A program made the position numbers and the translations under genes. A stretch of DNA of 64,000 bases, taken from an uncultured bacterium (lineage in GTDB: Bacteria > Verrucomicrobiota > Verrucomicrobiia > Verrucomicrobiales > V1-33). The notes beneath the pieces are model-generated. The model was not told where the DNA came from. It made no database searches and worked only from the letters and a program-made list of their open reading frames with translations. The stretch is from positions 7,952-71,951 of the forward strand of contig CAIZWU010000118.1 in the NCBI GenBank assembly GCA_903936775.1, given 5' to 3'. Within the stretch, counting starts at the first letter, position 1; the number at the start of each line of letters is the position of its first letter. Below, piece by piece: positions 49,701 through 55,474 of the stretch.

Positions 49701-49916
49701 TTCGGCGGTGAAGGTGGTGCGGAGAATGGGGTGGGCCGCGGCGAGGGCTTCCCATGCGGCGCGGAGGCGGGGGGCCTCAATGCTTTCCGGGAGGGTGCAG
49801 ACCATTTGCTCGACGTCGATCCCTGCGGCCGGGTCCTGGAGCCACGTAAAGTACATGCCCTGCTGCAGCGGGGTCAGCGGCAGGGGTGTTTCAGGCGCAG
49901 GCAGGGGGGCGCTCAT
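43701..49916 (-). CDS. non-ribosomal peptide synthetase: C-A(Thr)-T-E-C*-T
   Basis: 2071 aa. Approximate domains follow. C 48582-49889 (HHILIDG). A 46992-48524 (AYIIYTSGSTGLPKG, FDFSVWE, NMYGITETTVH, PNGKLD; hand-read code DFWNIGMVHK). T 46737-46949 (FFEIGGDS). E 45417-46685 (PLTPIQRWFF, HHLAIDG). C* 44082-45374 (all core motifs present except that HHxxxDG reads PGLQLDG at 44967-44987). T 43797-44015 (FFDLGGHS). Confidence 0.95.
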   Translation of the reverse strand: MSAPLPAPETPLPLTPLQQGMYFTWLQDPAAGIDVEQMVCTLPESIEAPRLRAAWEALAAAHPILRTTFTAEAATVHDTLPVPWQELDSSDVAAFLENDRTTPLHLTAGPLQRLTLIRQSPEHYHLIWTFHHILIDGRAITALLQEVFSRYDIPSQEPPPSRPSFQSHNRWQASLDHTPSIPFWQSHLSGITGPTPLIVDHVIRPIANHRPSPAGAADSVSSRSPQAEADLHFPASLTATLRHLAATHGFTLNTFVQAAFALLLGRYAGEDRIIFGATRACRHTPVPDSENTIGLLINTLPLKADLPSNQPLLTLLQSLRQHWLDLRPHEQTPLSFIRRSCGLSATQVPFNHLLVFENDDYTNTLRATGGPAFAHRTFELHELTSVPLTLAVYGSHALRLHCAYQPATFDHETIQRLLGHMAQLLEQFATLPLTTALSKFHLITPAERQFLLQDWQPTDPQVDSDTTLHGWFSQTAAQYPNRTAVTAEDATWTYAELDRRSTLVAQALITAGVKPGDFVGLCMDRRAPLIASLLGILKAGAAYLPIDLAYPPARLAFMLEDARAPVLLTERPLASKIPGNPATTLFIEDIGFAASSQISNLKSRIPTDPDSLAYIIYTSGSTGLPKGCQITHRNVVRLMKATDPWYGFNENDVWTLFHSTAFDFSVWELWGALLFGGRLVVVPWLTSRSPDEFFALLCQEQVTVLNQTPSAFRQLIQAGPRARATHPGLPAQSLRYVIFGGEALEMQSLKPWFDRHGDTAPVLVNMYGITETTVHVTYRPLSSRDLESGSVIGIPIPDLQLYILDPGNGQPVPIGVPGEMYVGGAGLATGYLRRDELTADRFLPNHLTGHGRLYKTGDLARFIPGAASPDIEYLGRIDHQVKIRGFRIELGEIENILTSHPAVEEATVLAREDCPGGKRLCAYLVPADPADPPSPDELRALLKTRVPDYMIPAAFVFLEKFPITPNGKLDRKALPAPAADGPATTRPFQAPVTPSEAVLTLIWSAVLRLDRVSTTDNFFEIGGDSILSIQVIARAREAGLALTPRQLFEHPTIASLASVAPPLQSHISSLQSSPDDLTAPFPLTPIQRWFFAQNLADSHHWNQSFLFTLSDRPDPECLHRVLRELTARHPALRLRFHQENNTWTPSIAPEETAHLLTTYPDLTGLESHCAQLQTTLNHQTGPIIRAALFDAGEDRPGRLCLAVHHLAIDGVSWRILLEDLESLLTGQPLPAPTATWPQWARQLAHWPTTPEARPSLHYWSTIQPVPEADLTLESGTFAHTVALDEANTTALLHRAPAAYRTRINDLLLTALTLAHQATASAPTLSLHLEGHGREETLAPGLPLDRTIGWFTALFPLHLTVPSTDPAQAIPFIKEHLRALPDNGASHQWQATENASSTLVFNYLGQFDALTSGSALFSFAPESTGPWHSPRATRAHATEINAMVIGSRLETTFTSAAPAHTPESLTAFAEAFLTALHQVIGHCLTITTPRCTPSDFPLAHLDQASLDALLAAHPGPEDICRLSPMQRLFHHAALTKPNAGFDQWCCRIGGPLDVSALQAAWAQVVQRHTILRSTFHSAGLPHAVMMVHRTAVPEFNFLESSGPGCITHFLTSDASLVNDLTKAPCGRFTLMRLSPEDHFFCWSVPGLQLDGWSWPVVFAEAAATYRALTSGGNPGLPSPQPYRDYLAWLERQPEASSDPFWQATLAGIEAPTPIPVEALPGPRTSRRTAEARATLSPETSASLTAAARGLGLTPGVLVQAAWAALLSHAAGSQDVVHGSAFSGRPADLPGADRIPGPFVNNLPVRSKIDPALPASDFLRSVHHHLTDLAAHQSTPLPRIQDCSAVPWRFRLFESLLVFQNYQIDGTLTQLGSRTTLSDFDGPIHTNFPLTVVVTPSAASWDLLLVYQEAACSAPRARQIVASFTTLLQSFATHPGAPLSQHLAALPLPPQCSPPAAAPKLETSNFKSPSTPMEQRLAAIWQRAFGLTSISTMDNFFDLGGHSLLMLRVHAATSQELARPLPITALFQYPTIATLAAWLSPAPSPAGTPPAHDIPSRAAAARAAAQRAAAARR
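44017..44049. repeat. tandem-heptamer tract, copy 3 (ATTTGAA ATTTGAA GTTTCAA GTTTGGG), in the C*-T linker
   Basis: Plus strand ggggATTTGAAATTTGAAGTTTCAAGTTTGGGa. It encodes PKLETSNFKSP. Confidence 0.7.
46703..46730. repeat. degenerate tandem-heptamer tract, copy 2 (ATTGAAG ACTTGAG ATATGAG ATTGGAG), in the T-E linker
   Basis: It is preceded by gggg, like the other copies, and encodes LQSHISSLQS. Confidence 0.55.
48106..48134. repeat. AT-rich tandem-heptamer tract, copy 1 (ATTTGAG ATTTGAA ATTTGAG), inside the NRPS A domain
   Basis: Plus strand cgggATTTGAGATTTGAAATTTGAGagga. It encodes SSQISNLKSR in the variable loop before the AYIIYTSGSTG core motif. Confidence 0.8.
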
Positions 49917-50698
49917 GCGGGGAAGAGATCGGTGCGGCGGTCGCGCAAGGCAGGGAATTGAGCGCGCCAGGCAGCGGTGGTTTCGGCGGAAATGGTGGTG
50001 CGGAGGAGGGTGGGGGCGGAACCCGCTTCGGTGACGACTTCACCGTGGGGATCGATGATGGCGCTGGCTCCGGCGTAGTGGAAATGGGGGTCGGAACCGC
50101 AGCGGTTGAGGCCGAGCACGAAGGCTTGGTTCTCGATGGCGCGGGCGCGGAGCAGGATGGTTTTATGCTGCTGGCGGCGGTCGGGCCAGTTGGCGATGAC
50201 GCAGAAGAGGTCGGCCCCGGCGCCGGTGGCGGCGCGGAAAAGTTCCGGGAAGCGGAGGTCGTAGCAGATGACGGGAGCGACCGTGAAGCCGTTCCACGGG
50301 AAGGTGACGATTTCCGAGCCCGCAGTGAAGGCCTGGGCTTCGCCAGCCGGGGAGAAGGAGTGGATCTTCCGGTAGCGGGCGAGGAGGGAGCCGTCGGGGG
50401 AGAAGGCGAGGGCCTCGTTGGCTCCGGTCCCGTCAGGAAGCTGCCGGGACAGGCCACCCAGGACGTAAATCCGGTGCTGGCGGGCGAGGCTGGCGAGGAA
50501 GCTTTCCGTCTCGGCGGCGGGAGTGTCGGCGGCTTGCGACACGTTCATGCTGAAGCCACTGGAGAACATTTCGGGCAGTACCAAGAGCGAGCCGGGGGCA
50601 AGGGCAGGGCGGGCGGAGTCCAGAGCCTGCGAGACGGTGGTAAAGTTCGCCGAACGGTCCTCCCAAGCGATGTCGAATTGAAGGGCACAAAGTTCCAT
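49913..50698 (-). CDS. carbon-nitrogen hydrolase, omega-amidase (YafV/Nit2)-like
   Basis: Trimmed to ATG 50698 (MELCALQFDIAWED). Nitrilase-superfamily Glu-Lys-Cys triad contexts: LVLPEMF, YRKIHSF and APVICYDLRFPE. Also ANWP and RARAIENQAFV. By eye it is collinear with E. coli YafV. Its stop overlaps the NRPS start (ATGA at 49913-49916). Confidence 0.8.
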   Translation of the reverse strand: MELCALQFDIAWEDRSANFTTVSQALDSARPALAPGSLLVLPEMFSSGFSMNVSQAADTPAAETESFLASLARQHRIYVLGGLSRQLPDGTGANEALAFSPDGSLLARYRKIHSFSPAGEAQAFTAGSEIVTFPWNGFTVAPVICYDLRFPELFRAATGAGADLFCVIANWPDRRQQHKTILLRARAIENQAFVLGLNRCGSDPHFHYAGASAIIDPHGEVVTEAGSAPTLLRTTISAETTAAWRAQFPALRDRRTDLFPA

Positions 50699-50982
50699 GG
50701 GACAAAAGGCAGTAAATTCTAAAAAATATACTGAATACAGTAAATCCAAAACACTCCATTTGCAAGAAATATTACAAACCTTAATAACCAATCAAAATTG
50801 ATCTAAACGGTTGGGCGGCCCTGCGGTTCGCGTCGGGTTCAGGGAGAAGAATGTGTCCGCGGTGAGAAAATATGGGCAGGTATAAAAAAGACGGAAAGAT
50901 TGATTATAATTCTAAAAATACTGGAAAAAACCAAAGGATCGTTTATACTTTACGGCAATTACCCGATTTATTTGCAATTTCC
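50699..50982. promoter_or_regulatory. AT-rich divergent intergenic (promoter) region between the NRPS/PKS operon and the polysaccharide-export operon
   Basis: This is the lowest-GC stretch in the neighbourhood. It lies between divergent starts at 50698 (minus) and 50983 (plus; the track allows 50872). It contains a direct repeat AATTCTAAAAA(TA)TACTG at 50715-50733 and 50908-50923. Confidence 0.45.
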
Positions 50983-52602
50983 ATGCTGTTTTATGAGCCC
51001 GAAAGCCTCCCCATCCGGAGCCTCCTGCACAAAGTCCTGTTGGGGGCGCTTTCGGCTGGGTTGATGCTGCTACGGTTGCCAGCCCAAAGTGTGCTGGTGG
51101 AGGACGATCGGGCGCCGCTGATAGTCGGTGATGATCCCGCTCCCGTGGCAGCCCCAGCCCCGGTAAATCCCCCGACCGACCCGGGCATCGGAGTCGAAGA
51201 GACTAAAAAGGCGATTCTGGGCGAGTCGGTGTTATGGGATCAAACCATTCCAACGGAGGAGTTGCGGGTGGCCAGCATCCCCGGGGAACCTGAAATCGGC
51301 GCGCTGCTCCCCTCAGGGAGTGTTGATCGCCCGGCAGGAACTCCTCCCTTGGTGGATGCGGGGGTGGGGGAGAAAAAGGCACTCCGGCCGCCGATCACGG
51401 GAAGTGCCCCTTTTGCCTCTGAGACGAAGAGTGGGAGTGGACCGGTGGTGATGGGCACGGATCTGGAGCCCAACGTGGCGGTGACAGCCCTTGCTCCGGA
51501 ACAGACGCCCCCGGAAATGCTGGACGCCCCCTTGGTGGAGTCAGCGGATCCGTGGGTTTTCCGGGTGGAGCAGATTTCGGTTTATGACGACAATATTGAG
51601 CTGAGCAACCGGGGGAAACAGGCCGATTTTGTGTTCATGCTGCGGGCCTCGGTGGCTTGGCAGCGGGGCGATCTGGAGCGCCGGCGCGGCTCGTGGGCGA
51701 GAGTCTTTTACGAAGCCACCGGTTCCGTTTTTGTGGACCGGAGCGATGAGAACAGCCTCGACCACGACCTTCAAGCCGGCGGACAGCGGCGCTGGGGGGA
51801 TCTGGCGACCGCCTTGGAAGGACGCTACCGCTACCTGAGCGGAGCCACGCCGGACCTTGGGGACCGGGTGCAGCGCCAGGAATATGAAGCCAAGCTGAGT
51901 GCCGCCTACGATCTGAGCGGGCGTACTTTTGTGGAGGCCGGGGCCGGGTGGAATGGGATCGACTACCAGGACGCCGTCTATGCTGATTTTGAGGAATGGA
52001 CGGTCGAAGGCTTTGCCGGGTATGAATTGTCAGGCCGCACGAAGCTCGCAGCGGGAGCTGCGGTTGGCCAGCTCAAGGTGAAGGGAACGGCCCCACAGGA
52101 CTACCAGCAGGCCCTCGTGAAAGTGACCCGGGCCACTACCGGGGCGCTGGGGCTGACCGGCCGGGCCGGGGCCGAGTTCCGTCAGATGGAGCGGGGAGAT
52201 GAGGTCACTCCGGTTTTTGCCCTGACAGCAGATTGGGAACCGATTGCGGATGGCACCCGGGTCACGGCAGAAGGTTTCCGCGAAACGGTCGCGTCGGGGT
52301 CGCTGGGCGGGGAAACCTATCTGCGGACCGGGGGCGCGCTGCGTATTCTACAGCAGCTGGGCAACCGGTTGGCGGTTGGGTTCGAGACGGGTTATGAACA
52401 GTTGGCCTACACGGAAATTTCCGATGGGGCGGGGGCGGGACGCACTGACGATTATTTCTTTGCCCGGCCCAGTTTGAAATATGAATTCAATGCCCGCCGC
52501 CGGGCGGAGCTGTTCTATCATTTCCGTGAGGACGAATCCACCTCGGATGACTTTAGTTTTACGGCCAACCAGTGGGGCCTGTCCTTCGGCCTCGATTTCT
52601 GA
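50983..52602 (+). CDS. outer-membrane beta-barrel protein associated with the polysaccharide export locus
   Basis: Start uncertain: 50872 in the track; ATG 50983 gives signal-like LLHKVLLGALSAGLMLLRLPAQS. The C-terminal half has alternating-hydrophobic beta-strand patterning, and the terminus FGLDF ends in Phe, as in OM beta-barrels. Confidence 0.5.
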   Translation: MLFYEPESLPIRSLLHKVLLGALSAGLMLLRLPAQSVLVEDDRAPLIVGDDPAPVAAPAPVNPPTDPGIGVEETKKAILGESVLWDQTIPTEELRVASIPGEPEIGALLPSGSVDRPAGTPPLVDAGVGEKKALRPPITGSAPFASETKSGSGPVVMGTDLEPNVAVTALAPEQTPPEMLDAPLVESADPWVFRVEQISVYDDNIELSNRGKQADFVFMLRASVAWQRGDLERRRGSWARVFYEATGSVFVDRSDENSLDHDLQAGGQRRWGDLATALEGRYRYLSGATPDLGDRVQRQEYEAKLSAAYDLSGRTFVEAGAGWNGIDYQDAVYADFEEWTVEGFAGYELSGRTKLAAGAAVGQLKVKGTAPQDYQQALVKVTRATTGALGLTGRAGAEFRQMERGDEVTPVFALTADWEPIADGTRVTAEGFRETVASGSLGGETYLRTGGALRILQQLGNRLAVGFETGYEQLAYTEISDGAGAGRTDDYFFARPSLKYEFNARRRAELFYHFREDESTSDDFSFTANQWGLSFGLDF

Positions 52603-52607
52603 AACCC

Positions 52608-53189
52608 ATGAGCCTGACGTTCCGCCAATTTCTCCTCACTGCTGCGTGGACCGCCGGGGTGCTCGGAACTGCCATGCCACGGGCGACCGCCCAGGCGGCT
52701 GCGTCCGGCGGGCGGCTGGGCCCAGGGGATGCGGTGGAAATCCGGGTCTTCCGGCACGATGATCTGGGCGGAAAATTCACCCTGGGATCCGACGGGGCGG
52801 TCGTGCTGCAGTTCATCGGCCGGGTGACTCTCGGCGGACTGAGCCCGGAGCAGGCGCGGCTGCGGATTGAGTCCCTTCTCGCCGATGGTTGGCTGCGCAA
52901 GCCGCAGGTGACCGTGAACGTGGCCGAATTCGCCAAAAATACCATCACCGTGACCGGGCAGGTGAACCGTGGCGGCGCCTTCAATGTCGCCCGGAACAAA
53001 CCTTTCACGGTTTCCCAGGCCATCGGGATGGCGGGTGGATTCAACACCCGGGCCAATCCCAAGGCGGTGATTCTGCAGAGGGACAACAAACCCTACACCA
53101 TCAACGTCAAGGCCATCCAGCAAGACCCTTCACGGGATATTCCGCTGAAGGACGGGGATGTGCTGGTGGTGAGGGAATCCCGGCTCTAA
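52608..53189 (+). CDS. polysaccharide export protein (Wza-like; Poly_export plus SLBB)
   Basis: Trimmed to ATG 52608. Has a signal peptide, the PGD motif (LGPGDAVEIRVF), GSDGAVVLQFIGRVTLGGLS and an SLBB-like C-terminus DGDVLVV. Confidence 0.85.
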   Translation: MSLTFRQFLLTAAWTAGVLGTAMPRATAQAAASGGRLGPGDAVEIRVFRHDDLGGKFTLGSDGAVVLQFIGRVTLGGLSPEQARLRIESLLADGWLRKPQVTVNVAEFAKNTITVTGQVNRGGAFNVARNKPFTVSQAIGMAGGFNTRANPKAVILQRDNKPYTINVKAIQQDPSRDIPLKDGDVLVVRESRL

Positions 53190-53203
53190 CTTTTTCACAA
53201 AAA

Positions 53204-55450
53204 ATGCCACCCGACTTTTCCCTGCTCCCCCCGCCGCCGCCGCCGGTTCCGGGATATGCTCCTGTGCCGGCGGGTCCGCTGGCACCGGTTCCGGGTCATT
53301 CCCCGTCCGGCGAAGGGTCCCCGGGGACATCGTTGCCGGTGGTGGATTTCGCCGGCATGGGGCAGGCGCTGAAACGCCGTTGGTGGGTGCCCCTGCTCAC
53401 CGGCGCCCTCCTCACCGGAGTGGTCGGCTGGTGGGCGTGGACCCAGCCCCGCTTTTATACGGCTACGGCGGTGCTTGCGGTGGAACAGACCAAGTCCGCG
53501 ATCCTGAGCGGCGGGGGCTCCGCCGTGCAGGATCTGAAATCCCTCGAAATCCTGCGCAGCATCGAGCAGGAAATCATCAGTCAGGGAGTGCTGCTGCGGG
53601 TGGCGGACCGGCATGGCCTGAGGAACGATCCCATTCTGGCCAAACCAAAAAAGAATGGCCTCCCCTATCAGGATGATGAGGTGGTCGATGAGTTCGGCAA
53701 AAGGGTGGTTGCAAAACTCGACCGCGGGACCCGTCTGATCAAAATAGAGGTGGACGATACGGATCCACAACGCGCCACGGATATTTGTGAGAGTATTCTC
53801 GGGGAGGCCACCCGCCAGAGCGCGGACGAGACGTCCCAGACCGCGATGCTGACCCGTCAGACCCTGGCTGAGGAAAGGGCCCGCACGGAAGCGAAGGTCG
53901 CCGCGAGCCAGCAGGCCGTGGATGATTTCCGGGCCCGTTTCCCCAGCCTGCCGCTTGATGAACACCAGAGCGACTTGAAGACCAATACCATCGAGGACGC
54001 TCTGCGGGCGACCGGCAGCGCCACCACGGCGGCCCGGGGCGAAGTGTCCCGGTTGGAAAACAATCTGAAGCAGATCGAGGCTGCCGGAGGGCAGATCGAT
54101 GCCCTGCTGCGGCTAACGGATATCGGGCAGCGGGAGGAGGTGGCCGCGCTCAAGCGCAGTCTCGGGGAGAAGGAGGCGGCCTTTGTGGTGATCGATGCCG
54201 AGTACGGACCGAAACACCCCCGCCATCAGCAGGCGGTCAAGGAAATCAGTGAAACCCGCTCCCAGCTCGCTGCCGCCGTCAGCCGCGCGGTTTCCATGAT
54301 GCGCAGCCGCCTCGAAAAAGCGCGGCAGGATGCCGCCGGGCTAACCACCGATCTCGCGGACCGCAAAGTGGACAGCCTCCAGTTTTCGAAAGTGGCCGGT
54401 GAATTTGCCACCCTGGTCAGCGAACTCAAAGCCGACCGCGCGAACCACGGGCGCGTGCTCGCGGGTCTCAAGGAAGCCGAGGTCAACAGCGCGGTCGGCA
54501 ACAGTGTGCTCCGCATTGTTGATGCACCCCTGAAGCCCAGTTATCCCTCGAAGCCGAGGCGCCTGCTCCTGACGGCGGCGGCCGGTGTTTTTGGCTTCGG
54601 AGCCGGCCTTGGGCTGGTGCTGGTGCTGCACTTCATGGACCGCACCCTGCGCAGCATTCAGGCAGGAGAAAACCTGCTGCACTTGCCAGGACTGGCCGCT
54701 CTGCCGGCTGACCCCGCCACCAGTCTCAAAGCAGGCCTGCTGCACGGGCGGCCGGATGCCACCGCGCAGATGGAGGCCTTCCGCTCCCTGCGCACCGCGC
54801 TCAGTATTCTTGGAAAAGGCACCGCCGCCAGAAGTTATCTTTTCACCAGTGCCCGCGAGGGCGAAGGCACCAGTTATACCGCGATGAATTTCGCAGTCAG
54901 TCTTGCCCAGCAGGGTTACCGCACGCTGCTGGTGGATGCCAATTTGCGGCGACCCACGCTTGACGGGGTGTTTCTCAAGGAACGTCCTGCGACCGGTCTC
55001 GCTGATCACTTGTCAGGGCAGGGCACCCGCGATGCTTCGGCTTGTCAACGCACGGAAATTTCCGGGCTTTATGTCTTCTCCGCCGGGGTCACGACCCGGC
55101 ATCCCAGCGAGGTGCTGAATGAACAGGCCTTTGCCATCCTGCTGCAGGATGCGGCCAAATGGTTTCATAAAATCGTCATCGATACCCCCCCCGTGGGACA
55201 GGTCACGGATGCCCTGCCCCTGGCGCGTCACGTCGATTCCGTCTGCCTCGTGGTCCGGGCCGCGGTCACGCCCCGTGCCGAAGTAAGGCGGGCCGCCAAC
55301 AAACTCAACATGGCCGGAGCCAAGCCAGCCGGATTCATTCTGAATGCCGCGCCCAAGGAGGCGCTCAGCGGGGGGTTTGTCGGTGACTTCGCGGCTGGGT
55401 TCGCACCCGCTCCCTCCTTCCGGGCGCTGGCCGCGCCGGGACCCTCCTGA
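53204..55450 (+). CDS. Wzc/GumC-like polysaccharide co-polymerase with a C-terminal BY-kinase-like ATPase domain that has an atypical P-loop
   Basis: Trimmed to ATG 53204. Has a Wzz-type TM1, a long coiled-coil periplasmic region and TM2. The C-terminal domain has Walker A' LLVDANLRRP and Walker B IVIDTPPV, but Walker A reads GEGTS (Thr codon at 54869-54871). Confidence 0.75.
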   Translation: MPPDFSLLPPPPPPVPGYAPVPAGPLAPVPGHSPSGEGSPGTSLPVVDFAGMGQALKRRWWVPLLTGALLTGVVGWWAWTQPRFYTATAVLAVEQTKSAILSGGGSAVQDLKSLEILRSIEQEIISQGVLLRVADRHGLRNDPILAKPKKNGLPYQDDEVVDEFGKRVVAKLDRGTRLIKIEVDDTDPQRATDICESILGEATRQSADETSQTAMLTRQTLAEERARTEAKVAASQQAVDDFRARFPSLPLDEHQSDLKTNTIEDALRATGSATTAARGEVSRLENNLKQIEAAGGQIDALLRLTDIGQREEVAALKRSLGEKEAAFVVIDAEYGPKHPRHQQAVKEISETRSQLAAAVSRAVSMMRSRLEKARQDAAGLTTDLADRKVDSLQFSKVAGEFATLVSELKADRANHGRVLAGLKEAEVNSAVGNSVLRIVDAPLKPSYPSKPRRLLLTAAAGVFGFGAGLGLVLVLHFMDRTLRSIQAGENLLHLPGLAALPADPATSLKAGLLHGRPDATAQMEAFRSLRTALSILGKGTAARSYLFTSAREGEGTSYTAMNFAVSLAQQGYRTLLVDANLRRPTLDGVFLKERPATGLADHLSGQGTRDASACQRTEISGLYVFSAGVTTRHPSEVLNEQAFAILLQDAAKWFHKIVIDTPPVGQVTDALPLARHVDSVCLVVRAAVTPRAEVRRAANKLNMAGAKPAGFILNAAPKEALSGGFVGDFAAGFAPAPSFRALAAPGPS

Positions 55451-55474
55451 CTCTTATCCCCCTGCCTCCCTGCT

